Shown: positions 27,645 to 37,183 of the stretch, piece by piece
Layout: every line of letters begins with the position of its first letter
Numbering within the stretch: position 1 is the first letter of the stretch
NCBI GenBank assembly: GCA_035933635.1
Contig: DASYYY010000005.1
Location: forward strand, 4 to 64,003
Source: Thermoplasmata archaeon
GTDB taxonomy: Archaea; Thermoplasmatota; Thermoplasmata; Lutacidiplasmatales; UBA184
Length of the DNA: 64,000 nucleotides
Reading direction: 5' to 3'
Position numbers and translations under genes: made by a program
Notes under the pieces: generated by a model
Told to the model about the DNA's origin: nothing
The model's input: the letters and a program-made list of their open reading frames with translations, nothing else
Databases searched by the model: none

Positions 27645-27914
27645 GTGAGCGGCCACCCGAGCGAGACCGAGCCGTTGGGCCCGGTCCGGATCGTCGCCGA
27701 CCTGCCGCTCCACCGTCAGCTGGTGTTCTTCGGGTTCGCCGCGGTCGCGATCCTCGGCGTCGTGTTCTACCTGTGGTGGGGGCTGAGCTTCGGGGTCTGG
27801 GTCGACAACGGCGTGTACGCGGTGGTGATCACCCTGCTCCTGTTCGGGCTGGCGGGCATGTGGCTGATGATGCCCAATCCGCCCCTTCCGCCCCCGCCTC
27901 CTGAGCACCCGTAG
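27645..27914 (+). CDS. Small two-TM membrane protein (hypothetical)
   Basis: The 89-aa ORF has two clear hydrophobic helices and a Pro-rich C-terminus. It lies in the intergenic gap between the TPR operon and proS. The start is a GTG. Confidence 0.4.
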   Translation: MSGHPSETEPLGPVRIVADLPLHRQLVFFGFAAVAILGVVFYLWWGLSFGVWVDNGVYAVVITLLLFGLAGMWLMMPNPPLPPPPPEHP

Positions 27915-28026
27915 TTCCCCCGCTGGCGGGCGGACCGGGGCCCATCCGTCGGGCCGCAACTCGAAGCGATCACTCGGCCGGGCGGACGCTCCGGAGCTTC
28001 CCCGGGTCGGGCCGATCGGGGGACCA

Positions 28027-29451
28027 CTACAGCGGGCGACCTGCGCCGGCCCAGACGGTCGCCTCGGATCGACCGCAGGCGATGCAGTTCCCGGGTTTGG
28101 GAAGCTCGATCGGTGCCGGTCCGGCCAGCGTGCCCAGGAGCGCCCCATCGATTCCCTCCTCGACGCGGTGCCCGCACTCCTCGGACCGGCACCACGACAG
28201 GAGGCGGACCTTCGTCGACCCGCGCAGATCCTCCAGGGTGGCGGCGAGGGCGAACGATTCCCGGAAGTTCGCCAGGGCGTTGGCGGCGAGGCGCGTGTCG
28301 TAATCATCGATGCGCTCTAGGACGTCCTGTTCGAGGTGTTCCGGACCGCCCTTGCCCTTGTGCCCGAGGCGGTCGACGGTGGTCACGGACCTCGAGCCGG
28401 CCTCCCGTCCGCCGATCTCCAGCCGCAGGGGCACTCCCTGCGACTCCCAGCGGTAGTACTTCGACCCGGGCCGAGCGTCGGAGTCATCGAGGTGGACGCG
28501 GAGACCGACGGCCCGGAGCCTCTCGGCCACCTCCTTCGCCCAGGGGAGCGGATCGTCTCCCCCCTTCGCGGCGATGGGGACGACGACCACCTGATAGGGG
28601 GCCACCTCGGAGGGGAACGCGACCCCCCGGCGATCACCGTGGGCGGCGACGATGGCGCCCATCAGCCGCTCGGAGAGCCCGAAGGTGGTCTGGTGGACGA
28701 GCTTGCGTGAGCCGTCGGACGCCTCGTACTGGATGCCGTAGGGGCCCGAGAAGTTCTCCCGGTAGTGGTGGACGCTGCCCAGCTGGAGCGTGCGCGCCTC
28801 GCCGACGGGGAGGTCGAAGGCGATGGTGTAGAACGCCCCGGGGAACTTGTCCCACTCCGGGCGGCGGAAGGCGACGTAGTGCAGGCCGAACCGGGTCGCC
28901 ATGGCGCGGAACGCCTCCAGGTTGGAGTCGACCCGGGCGGTGGCCGCGGCCTCGTCGACCTGGCAGGTATGCTCCTCGAAGAAGTGGATCTCCCGGACCC
29001 GGATGAACGGGCGGGTGGTCTTGGTCTCGTAGCGGAACGTGTTGACGATCTGGTAGACGTTGAGCGGCAGGTCGGTGTGGGAGCGGACCCAGAGCGCGAA
29101 GATCGGGTACATCGCGGTCTCGCTCGTGGGCCGCAACACGAGCGGGATGTCGAGCTCGGTCTCCCCCCCGCGGGTCACCCAGTAGACCTGCGCGTCGAAC
29201 CCCTTGATGTGCTCCCTCTCCTTCTGGAACTCCGTCTGGGGGATGAGCAGGGGGAACTCGACCGGCTGCGAGCCGGTCGCCTCGATCTCCTCGATGAGGA
29301 CCCGGTCCAGCTGGCGCCGGGCGAGGAACCCGTAGGGGGTCCAGACGTTCATCCCCTTGATCGGGTAGCGCTTGTCGGTCAGCCGGCCGAACTCCACGGC
29401 TTCCAGGTACCAGTCGAAGAACGACCGGGACTTGTCCGGGAGCTCCGCCAT
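28027..29451 (-). CDS. proS: Prolyl-tRNA synthetase, archaeal/eukaryal type
   Basis: The N-terminus is SRSFFDWYLEAVEFGRL. The class II core includes FRYETKTTRPFIRVREIHFFEEH. The C-terminal zinc-binding domain is CRSEECGHRVE...CIACG. Confidence 0.9.
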   Translation of the reverse strand: MAELPDKSRSFFDWYLEAVEFGRLTDKRYPIKGMNVWTPYGFLARRQLDRVLIEEIEATGSQPVEFPLLIPQTEFQKEREHIKGFDAQVYWVTRGGETELDIPLVLRPTSETAMYPIFALWVRSHTDLPLNVYQIVNTFRYETKTTRPFIRVREIHFFEEHTCQVDEAAATARVDSNLEAFRAMATRFGLHYVAFRRPEWDKFPGAFYTIAFDLPVGEARTLQLGSVHHYRENFSGPYGIQYEASDGSRKLVHQTTFGLSERLMGAIVAAHGDRRGVAFPSEVAPYQVVVVPIAAKGGDDPLPWAKEVAERLRAVGLRVHLDDSDARPGSKYYRWESQGVPLRLEIGGREAGSRSVTTVDRLGHKGKGGPEHLEQDVLERIDDYDTRLAANALANFRESFALAATLEDLRGSTKVRLLSWCRSEECGHRVEEGIDGALLGTLAGPAPIELPKPGNCIACGRSEATVWAGAGRPL

Positions 29452-29546
29452 CGACGGCTCCGGAGCGGTTCGGCGTATAACGTAGCTCGTGGGGTGAAGC
29501 GCCCGAACCAACTTGTTAATGCGACCTTGGCCCCATCGTCCGGAGT

Positions 29547-30641
29547 ATGCGGCTGGTCGTGTGCATCGACCGGGACGACGACCTGGGCCGCAAGGCCGGG
29601 GTGAGCGGCCCGGTCGTGGGCCGTCCGGCCGTCCTCGCCGCCGCCGAGAGACTCGGGGTCGCCGACCCCGGCGACACCGACACGAACGCGATGTTCGGCG
29701 CGGTGCAGCTCTACGACGAGATCCGGGCCAACCGCGAGGAGGCCGAGATCGTCGTCCTGACCGGTTCGCCCAAGGTCGGCCTGCTCTCAGACCGGAAGGT
29801 CGCCGAGCAGTTCGACCAGGTGCTCAAGGAACACCCGGCGAGCTCGGCCCACCTCGTGTCGGACGGGGCCGAAGACGAGTACCTGTTCCCGATCATCGCC
29901 AGCCGCCTGCGCATCGACGGGGTGCACCGGGTCTACGTCCGCCAGAGCGCGAGCATCGAGTCGACCTACTACACGATGGTCCGGGCGCTGAAGGACCCGA
30001 AGTTCCGGGCCAAGACCGTCCTGCCGTTCGCCCTCGTGCTCGTCACCCTCGGGCTCGCCGCCGCCGCAGGGGTGGTCTGGTGGGGGGTCGTGCTCCTGCT
30101 GCTGATCCTCGGCGTCTACCTCGTCTTCTGGACCTTCGACATCGACGAGTCGATCATCGATTCGTTGCGGAGCGCCTCGTCCGACATCCGGCAAGGCTCG
30201 GTCGCCTTCGGCTTCGGCCTCTTCTCCCTCGCGCTCGCCGGGGTCGGCTTTCTCGAGGGTTACAACGTCTACATCGGGCTGCCGGCCGTCGAGCCCATCG
30301 GCCGGGTCCTGCTCTTCGTACGCTCCGGGCTGATCTGGTGGTTCCTGGCGGGGGAGATCTGGGAGTCGGGCCGCGCGCTACGCCGCTACCTCTCCGTCGC
30401 CCGCATCGGCACCTCCTACCCGATCGCGACGATCTCCATCGTGGGTCTCGCGTTCATCAGCTACGGGATCGTGGCGATGATCCAGTACCTCGAGAGCCTC
30501 CCCGCCGCCCTCCCGCTGCCGTTCATCGTCGGCGGGTTGGTGCTCGGCTTCTCGCTGATGGCGACCGCGGGGGTCCTCTCGCAGTACTTCAAAGGGTCCT
30601 CCGAGGCCCAACCCCCCGCCGAGGGTAGCCTTCCGACCTAA
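29547..30641 (+). CDS. DUF373-type archaeal membrane protein
   Basis: The N-terminal soluble domain (MRLVVCIDRDDDLGRKAGV...) is followed by about 7 TM helices. This architecture is recalled from the archaeal DUF373 family. Confidence 0.55.
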   Translation: MRLVVCIDRDDDLGRKAGVSGPVVGRPAVLAAAERLGVADPGDTDTNAMFGAVQLYDEIRANREEAEIVVLTGSPKVGLLSDRKVAEQFDQVLKEHPASSAHLVSDGAEDEYLFPIIASRLRIDGVHRVYVRQSASIESTYYTMVRALKDPKFRAKTVLPFALVLVTLGLAAAAGVVWWGVVLLLLILGVYLVFWTFDIDESIIDSLRSASSDIRQGSVAFGFGLFSLALAGVGFLEGYNVYIGLPAVEPIGRVLLFVRSGLIWWFLAGEIWESGRALRRYLSVARIGTSYPIATISIVGLAFISYGIVAMIQYLESLPAALPLPFIVGGLVLGFSLMATAGVLSQYFKGSSEAQPPAEGSLPT

Positions 30642-30725
30642 GGCCGAAGGCCCGCGGGGCGGGGCGCTCGACCCCCGACCGGGACCCTGGTCCGTCCCGG
30701 CACGGTGGTCTCTTCGGGTGTCGTT

Positions 30726-31655
30726 CTAGTCGTACCCCTTCCAGGTCACCGCGAAATCCGACTTCTTCCAGTATCCGGCCGTCAGGATCCCCGGCGATTG
30801 GATGACCCCGCCGGTGACCGAGCCGATCGTCGTGACCTTCAGGAGCGTGGTGAACGCCCCGATGCCCCGGAGGCTCCCGCCGATCGAGGCGATGCAGTTG
30901 GCGAAGCTCAGATTGGTGTACTTGGAGATCGGCGCGTAGCCGCTCGAGAAGTAGACGGCCTCCGAGATGCATTCGGCCGAGGTGTCGTTGCCGGACTGGC
31001 AGGCGGTCGACCCGGTGAACGGCGAGATCGCGCAGGTCGAAGGGTTGCCTACGATCGAGAAGTTGTACCCCGACGAGAGGTCGGCGAAGTCCAGCGTGTA
31101 CACTCCGCAATGGGTCCCGTGACAGACCGTCGGGTTGTACAGGACGTAGGACTGGACCAGGTCACCGGCCGAGACGTTGCCCATCAGCTGGATCGCATTG
31201 TAGGGGAAGAACTCCCACCACGAGTAGTACAGCGGCGTCGCGCCCGCGCCGCTGCAGTAGTCGAACGTCCCGGCCTGTTCGACCGTGTTCGTCGTCCACC
31301 CGTCGATCCCGACCCACGTGAGGTGGTAGGTCGGATTGGTCAGCGATGCCGGGCAGGTGATCGGGGCGACGTGCCACTCTGCGTACGCTTCGTCGACCTT
31401 CCCCGACGTCGCGGGCACGGCCACGAATCCGCCCCAATTCTGACTGTGCACGCCCGTCGCGGAGGGTCGGGTGTGCGCGGCGAAGGAGAACGCCGCCGTG
31501 TTCCCGGCCGGGAGCTGGGGGAAGGCGGGCGGGTGGGGCATGCTCGGCGTCGCCAAGAGACCGGCGAACGCCGGAGCCGCGAGGGCGACCACGACACCGA
31601 ACAGGACGACATACGAGGGGCCTCGTGGGCGACCGACGGGGGACCGATGCTGCAT
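30726..31655 (-). CDS. Secreted G1-family (eqolisin/scytalidoglutamic) peptidase homolog
   Basis: Each block has a counterpart in scytalidoglutamic peptidase. SQNWGGFVA matches ESNWGGAIL. LTWVGIDGWTTNTVEQAGT matches AWVGIDGDTCQTAILQTG, which holds the catalytic Gln. YYSWWEFFP matches YDAWYEWYP. SAECISEAV matches AEFIIEDF, which holds the catalytic Glu. An N-terminal signal/TM segment is present. Confidence 0.7.
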   Translation of the reverse strand: MQHRSPVGRPRGPSYVVLFGVVVALAAPAFAGLLATPSMPHPPAFPQLPAGNTAAFSFAAHTRPSATGVHSQNWGGFVAVPATSGKVDEAYAEWHVAPITCPASLTNPTYHLTWVGIDGWTTNTVEQAGTFDYCSGAGATPLYYSWWEFFPYNAIQLMGNVSAGDLVQSYVLYNPTVCHGTHCGVYTLDFADLSSGYNFSIVGNPSTCAISPFTGSTACQSGNDTSAECISEAVYFSSGYAPISKYTNLSFANCIASIGGSLRGIGAFTTLLKVTTIGSVTGGVIQSPGILTAGYWKKSDFAVTWKGYD

Positions 31656-31771
31656 CTTCGGTGGGGGGAACCTAGGCGGGGCATCCGGGGGTGGATACTT
31701 CTACCTCCCGTGGACCCAGCCTGGCGCGGAAAGCCCCTAAGTGCGGCCGCCCCTTCCGCCGCCGGCGTCCC

Positions 31772-32413
31772 ATGAGGGTCCTGATCTTCGGCGCGGGTGG
31801 ACGGGTCGGCAAGGCGATCGCGATCGAGGCGCTCAAGCGCGGGCATAGCGTCAACGGGGTGGTCCGCGGCGGGACGATCGACGGCATCCCCGACATGCGG
31901 TTCCGCCCGATCGCGGGCGACGTCACGAACCTCCCGCTCGTCACCTCGCTCATCGAGGCCAACGACGTGACCGCCTCGGCGATCGGTCCCAAGCCCGGAG
32001 AGGACCCCTCGGTCATTCCCGCCGCGGCCAAGGTGCTCATCGAAGCGGCGAAGAAGGCGGGCAGGCGACGCCTGGTCGTGGTCGGGGGGGCGGGGAGCCT
32101 CGAGACCGCCCCGGGCCAGATGCTGATGAACGAGGCCCGGTTCCCGGCCGAGTGGAAACCGCTCGCCCAGGCGCACGCCGCCGCCCTCGATCAGTTCCGG
32201 GCACTGAAGGAGGAGCTCGACTGGACCTACGTCTCACCGGCCGAGATCGTGGAGGAGGGCTCCCGCACCGGGCGCTTCCGCGTCGGAGGGGATATGCTCC
32301 CGGTCGACCCCGAGGGCAAGAGCCACATCTCGATACCGGACTTCGCCGTCGCGTTCGTCGACGAGCTGGGCCGCGGCGGGCATCTCAAGAAGCGCGTGAG
32401 CGTCGGGTACTGA
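31772..32413 (+). CDS. NAD(P)H-binding (NmrA/atypical SDR-like) oxidoreductase
   Basis: The N-terminal Rossmann motif is MRVLIFGAGGRVGKAI. At 213 aa it resembles NAD(P)-binding PF13460 proteins. Confidence 0.7.
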   Translation: MRVLIFGAGGRVGKAIAIEALKRGHSVNGVVRGGTIDGIPDMRFRPIAGDVTNLPLVTSLIEANDVTASAIGPKPGEDPSVIPAAAKVLIEAAKKAGRRRLVVVGGAGSLETAPGQMLMNEARFPAEWKPLAQAHAAALDQFRALKEELDWTYVSPAEIVEEGSRTGRFRVGGDMLPVDPEGKSHISIPDFAVAFVDELGRGGHLKKRVSVGY

Positions 32414-33050
32414 CCCGCTTGGGCGGCGGGGGCGCCGCGGGGACGTTGTCCTTGCGGAGCACCCGCTCGACGTCCTCGAGCGGGACGTCGAGTCCGCAGC
32501 CTTGGGCGAGGGCCAGCCGAATGCCCGCGGCGGTCAGCGACTTGTCGCCGACCCGCTCCACGAGCGACCGAAGGTCCTCCCAGTAGTTCCACGGAAAGAC
32601 GACCCAGACCCAGGCCTCACGGGGGATCTCCTCGGCGTAGTAGCTCGGGACGAACTTCGAGTGGGCGATGTGCAGGAACGTCGCGGTCTCGACCCGCTTC
32701 GGGCCAGCCGCCCGAACGTGGTCGAGGGCGAGCTTTAGGCTCTCGCCGGTGTCGGTGATGTCGTCGACGACGAGCACGTCCTGGTCCTCGACGCCGCCGC
32801 TGAGCCCCTCGGAGAGCCGGGCCTTGCCGTCCTTGGTCGCGGTGACCCCCCAGTGCTGGGCGCGGAGCGACACCATCCGCCGGACGCCGAGCCGATCGGC
32901 CAGCAGCCGCGCGGCGACCCAACCTCCGCGGGTCAGGCCGACGATGGTCTCGGGGGGGTCACCGGCGCCGAGGATCTTCTCGGTCAGCCGGTCGGCCCAT
33001 CCGTCGACCTCGGCCCAACTGGTCCGACGGCACTTCGGCAGGTCGGCCAT
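32385..33050 (-). CDS. Phosphoribosyltransferase (purine PRTase-like)
   Basis: The PRPP-binding motif VLVVDDITDTGESL is present. The protein is 221 aa. Confidence 0.75.
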   Translation of the reverse strand: MADLPKCRRTSWAEVDGWADRLTEKILGAGDPPETIVGLTRGGWVAARLLADRLGVRRMVSLRAQHWGVTATKDGKARLSEGLSGGVEDQDVLVVDDITDTGESLKLALDHVRAAGPKRVETATFLHIAHSKFVPSYYAEEIPREAWVWVVFPWNYWEDLRSLVERVGDKSLTAAGIRLALAQGCGLDVPLEDVERVLRKDNVPAAPPPPKRVSTRRSRAS

Positions 33051-33078
33051 CGGCTGCGGACCCTACTCCGCCACGGGC

Positions 33079-34344
33079 CTAGGGGAAGACGCCGCGGCGC
33101 TCGATCGCGTCGACGACGCGCTGGATGGCGACGACGTAGGCCGCCGAGCGGTTGTGCACGTGGCGGGTCTCGGCCTCCTTGTGGACCGCCGCGTAGGAAG
33201 TGACCATCGTTCGCTCGAGCCGGTCGTTGACCTCCTTGAGCGTCCAGAAGAAGCCCTGGATGTCCTGCGCCCACTCGAAGTAGGAGACCGTCACGCCCCC
33301 GGCGTTCGCGAGGATGTCGGGCAGCACGGTGATCTTCTTCTGGAAGAGGATCTCGTCGGCCTCCGGCACCGTCGGGCCGTTGGCCGCCTCGGCGACGATC
33401 TTGGCCTGGATCTTGTCGGCGTTCCTCTTGGTGATGACGTTCTCGAGCGCGGCCGGGATCAGGATGTCGGTCTTGAGCTCCAGAAGCTCCTCGTTGGAGA
33501 CCGCCTTCGCCCCGGGGAAGCCGACGACCGAGCCGGTCTTGGCCTTGTAGGCCTCGACCTCGTGGGGGTTGAGCCCCGCCGGGTTGTGGATCCCGCCCTT
33601 GGAGTCGGAGACGGCGATGATCTTCGCGCCCTGCTCGTCGTGCAGGATGTTCGCGGCGACCGAGCCCGCATTTCCGAAACCCTGGACGGCGACCGAACCG
33701 CCCTTGACGTGGACGCCGGCGTGGCCGGCGGCCTCGCGGATGACGTAGGCGCAGCCGCGTCCCGTCGCCTCGCCGCGGCCCTCGCTCCCGCCGAGGGAGA
33801 CGGGCTTGCCGGTGATGACGCCCGGGACGGAGTAGCCCTTGAGCATCGAGTAGGTGTCCATGAACCAGGACATCGTCTGGGAATCGGTGTAGACGTCCGG
33901 CGCCGGGATGTCCATCTCCGGCCCGACGAGCGGGGCGATCTCGCTGGCGAACCGCCGGGTCAGCCGCTCGAGCTCGCCCTTGCTCATGTGCTTGGGGTCG
34001 CAGATGACGCCGCCCTTGGCACCGCCGTAGGGGAGGTTGACGACCGCGCACTTCCAGGTCATCCAGGCGGACAAGGCCCGGACCTCGTCCAGCGTCACGT
34101 TGGGATGGTAGCGGATCCCGCCCTTCGTCGGCCCGCGCGCCATGTTGTACTGGACGCGGAAGCCGGAGTACACGCGGTAGCTACCATCGTCCATCCGGAC
34201 GGGGAAGTTGACCGAGAGCTCCCGCTTCGGATGTTTGAGGATCTCGCGGATGCCACCGTTGATCCCGATGAGGTCACAGACGATGTCGACCTGGCGCTTC
34301 GCCGTTTCAAATGGATTGATCGCCGCTTCCGCCATGAACGTCAC
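33079..34344 (-). CDS. gdhA: Glutamate dehydrogenase
   Basis: It carries the GDH signature LPYGGAKGG, the GFGNAG Rossmann motif, and the catalytic Lys region. The protein is 421 aa. Confidence 0.9.
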   Translation of the reverse strand: MTFMAEAAINPFETAKRQVDIVCDLIGINGGIREILKHPKRELSVNFPVRMDDGSYRVYSGFRVQYNMARGPTKGGIRYHPNVTLDEVRALSAWMTWKCAVVNLPYGGAKGGVICDPKHMSKGELERLTRRFASEIAPLVGPEMDIPAPDVYTDSQTMSWFMDTYSMLKGYSVPGVITGKPVSLGGSEGRGEATGRGCAYVIREAAGHAGVHVKGGSVAVQGFGNAGSVAANILHDEQGAKIIAVSDSKGGIHNPAGLNPHEVEAYKAKTGSVVGFPGAKAVSNEELLELKTDILIPAALENVITKRNADKIQAKIVAEAANGPTVPEADEILFQKKITVLPDILANAGGVTVSYFEWAQDIQGFFWTLKEVNDRLERTMVTSYAAVHKEAETRHVHNRSAAYVVAIQRVVDAIERRGVFP

Positions 34345-34434
34345 CCTCGCGCGGGCGGTCCGACACGGGGTTGCGTATTTGAAACTGGCTCGGGCGGAAC
34401 GCGCACCCGTGCGGCACTGTGACGAGGAGGAGGG

Positions 34435-35199
34435 CTACGGCTCCCGCCAGCGCGCGAGCCACAGGGCGAGGGCTCCGAACAGGACGGTTGCCCCGGCCAG
34501 AACGAGGAACTCGAAGCCCGTCGCGCCGAGGAACGCCGGGCTGACCGCCGAGCCGTAGGAGAGGCCGACGGCGTGGTCGGCGAGCTGGGAGGCCGAGGTC
34601 GAAGGTGCGAGGAACGCGACCCACTCGTACCGCCCGGGGATGATCGAGAGCGGGTAGAACACCGGCGGCAGGATCGACAGCGCGGAGAAGATCAGCGTCG
34701 CGATCGGCCAGATCTCCCGGAGCTGGCGGAACATCGTCGAGAGCAGGAATCCGAGGGTCGTGGCCATCAGCCAGGTGAGGAGGACGACCCCGACGAGGAG
34801 GCCGACGGCCCAGCCCGAGAGCGGGTGGACCAGGCCCAGGATGACGAGGAACAGCGTCAGCGCTGGGACGGTGAAGGCGAGCTCCGAGAGCGCCATCCCG
34901 AGCAGGTAGGCGAGCGAGGTCACCGGGCTTGCCACGAAGATCGCCTGCAGTTGCCGCTCGAGCCGCAGGTAGGCGCAGTCGTTCATCATCCCGTTGCCGG
35001 TGAAGAGCGCCGAGAACAGCACGCCGCCCGTGACGCCGAACGGCAGCAGCGCCGGGCTCGCGATGACGAACAGGAAGAACAGGAAGCTGAACGGCGTTAG
35101 GAACACCGCCGCGATGAGGAGAGGGCTCCGCCACAGCGGGATGATGCCGTTGAAGTAACAGATGCGGAGCGCGGCGTAGGCCTGCGTCCGGACGCTCAC
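34435..35199 (-). CDS. ABC-2 type transporter permease
   Basis: A 6-TM permease of 254 aa, overlapped by 4 nt with the upstream ATPase gene. Confidence 0.7.
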   Translation of the reverse strand: MSVRTQAYAALRICYFNGIIPLWRSPLLIAAVFLTPFSFLFFLFVIASPALLPFGVTGGVLFSALFTGNGMMNDCAYLRLERQLQAIFVASPVTSLAYLLGMALSELAFTVPALTLFLVILGLVHPLSGWAVGLLVGVVLLTWLMATTLGFLLSTMFRQLREIWPIATLIFSALSILPPVFYPLSIIPGRYEWVAFLAPSTSASQLADHAVGLSYGSAVSPAFLGATGFEFLVLAGATVLFGALALWLARWREP

Positions 35200-36116
35200 G
35201 TCTCGTCCTCCTCGATGGGACGGCCGACCAGTTCGAGGAACGCCTCCTCCAACGTCACCGGCCCCATCGCGACCTCGCTCGAACGCGAGAGCGCGAGCTC
35301 GGTCAGTTCCCGGACCGACGAGCGGGAGGTGAGCAGGATCACCTTGCCCTTGTCGGAGTAGATCCGGCCGTACGGTTCGAGCTCCTTGGCCGCGACCCCG
35401 GGGCCGAACTCGAGGCGCACCTCGCGGTGGAGCGTCGACTTGAGCGCCCCGGCGGTGCCTCGGTAGAGGATCCGTCCGTCCTCGATCACCGCGAGCTCCT
35501 CGGAGAGCTGCTCGGCCTCGTCGAGGTAGTGGGTGGTCAGGAGCACCGTCGAGCCCTTACGGCAGACCCGGCGGATCACCTGCCAGACCTGGCGCCGGGC
35601 GAACGGGTCCATCCCGAGCGTGGGCTCGTCCAGGAAGAGGAACGGGGCCTCCGTCGCGAGGATCATGGCGACGAGCGTGCGTTGCTGGAGGCCGCCGGAG
35701 AGCGCGTTCGCCGGGATGTCGGCGTGCGGCTCGAGTCCCATCGAAGCGATCATCTCCTCGACGCGGTCGTTTGTCGTCTCGGCCGAGAAGCCCCGCGTCC
35801 GCAGGTACTCGCGGATGTGCTCGCGGGCGGTGAGATGGAAGAACGGGCGGCCCTCCTGCGGGACGACGGCGATCTGCTCGCGGATGCGGTTCGGGCTCGA
35901 GACGACGTCCTCGCCGAACAGGGTCACCGAACCGGCGGTCGGGAGCAGGAGCGTCGCGGCGATCTTGATGAAGGTCGTCTTGCCGGCGCCGTTACGACCC
36001 AGGAACGCGAAGAGCCGTCCCCGGCCGATCGAGAGGTCGACCGACCGTAGGGCCTCGACCGGGCCGGTCCGGCCCCGGTAGACCTTGGTCACTCCCTTGG
36101 CGACGAGGACGTCCAC
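35196..36116 (-). CDS. ABC transporter ATP-binding protein
   Basis: Walker A is GRNGAGKTT, the ABC signature is LSGGLQQR, and Walker B is FLFLDEPT. Confidence 0.85.
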   Translation of the reverse strand: MDVLVAKGVTKVYRGRTGPVEALRSVDLSIGRGRLFAFLGRNGAGKTTFIKIAATLLLPTAGSVTLFGEDVVSSPNRIREQIAVVPQEGRPFFHLTAREHIREYLRTRGFSAETTNDRVEEMIASMGLEPHADIPANALSGGLQQRTLVAMILATEAPFLFLDEPTLGMDPFARRQVWQVIRRVCRKGSTVLLTTHYLDEAEQLSEELAVIEDGRILYRGTAGALKSTLHREVRLEFGPGVAAKELEPYGRIYSDKGKVILLTSRSSVRELTELALSRSSEVAMGPVTLEEAFLELVGRPIEEDET

Positions 36117-36152
36117 GTCGACGGGACGCGGGAAGGTCCAAAACGATGCCCT

Positions 36153-37175
36153 TTACGCCGGACGGCCCGGCCGTCGGGGGAGCCCGACCGGTGGCACCGG
36201 GTGGAATGGGTCCCATCCGGCCGCGGGCAGGGAGTTCCACCCATTCGGTGTCCGGAGCCAGGTCCCGTGCCCCGAGGTGACTCGTCCGATGACGGTGAGC
36301 GGACAGTCGAGGGGGGTCAGGGCGCGGCGGGCGGCGGGAAGCGAACGCGGGGGGATCGCGGCGAGCAACTCGTAATCGCCGCCGTAGGCGACCAGCTCGA
36401 CCTGCCGGGCCCACGCGTCGTCCCGGGCGCGGAGGGAGCGGTGCAAGGGCAGTGCGCCGGAATCGATCTCCGCTCCCGTTCGGCTCGCCTCGGAGATCAG
36501 GCGTATCGATTCGAACACACCATCGGAGGTGTCGGTCATCGCGTGGGCGATCCCCGCCAGACGCTCCCCTTCGGGCACCCGCGCCCGGACGGCCCGCAAC
36601 ACCGCGTTCCGGCGGGTGACGGAACGGCCCTGGGAGAGCGATGCGGCCGCGACGCCGCCTCCGCCCACGGTCCCGGTCACGACGAAGAGATCGCCGGGGC
36701 GCGCCCGGTCGCGACCGGGCAGTTTTCGGCTCGTCGCCACGCCCAGCGCGGTCCCGACGAGCGTCCGCCCGGCCGCCGACTTGGTATCGCCGCCCGAGAG
36801 TCGAACTCCGTAGCGCGCGAGCGACCGGCGGACACCCTGGACGACGCCGCGGGCCCATGTCTCCGGAGTCTCCGGCGGAACGAGCACGTCGAGGAGGAAC
36901 GCGATGGGCCGGCCTCCCTTCGAGGCGATGTCGCTGAGGTTGGCCTGGACGAGCGCCGAACCGATCAGCCCCGGCGAGGTGTCCCGCCAGAAGTGGACCC
37001 CTTCGGCGAAGGCATCGGTGGTGATCAGGAGCCGCCCGCGAGGGAGCGAGATCGAGGCCACGTCATCGCCGAGGGGTAGCTCGCCCTTCGGTGCGCGCCC
37101 GGCGGTGGCCCGGAGCCAAGCGTGGAAGGGCCGCTCCCGTAGCCCCCCGTCGCCAGGCTGGTGCGGCCGGGCCAT
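36153..37175 (-). CDS. thiL: Thiamine-monophosphate kinase
   Basis: It belongs to the AIR-synthase-related family, with ThiL-like blocks GDDVASI, LLITTDAFAEGVHF and GGDTKSAAG. Confidence 0.8.
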   Translation of the reverse strand: MARPHQPGDGGLRERPFHAWLRATAGRAPKGELPLGDDVASISLPRGRLLITTDAFAEGVHFWRDTSPGLIGSALVQANLSDIASKGGRPIAFLLDVLVPPETPETWARGVVQGVRRSLARYGVRLSGGDTKSAAGRTLVGTALGVATSRKLPGRDRARPGDLFVVTGTVGGGGVAAASLSQGRSVTRRNAVLRAVRARVPEGERLAGIAHAMTDTSDGVFESIRLISEASRTGAEIDSGALPLHRSLRARDDAWARQVELVAYGGDYELLAAIPPRSLPAARRALTPLDCPLTVIGRVTSGHGTWLRTPNGWNSLPAAGWDPFHPVPPVGLPRRPGRPA

Positions 37176-37183
37176 CGGACCCC

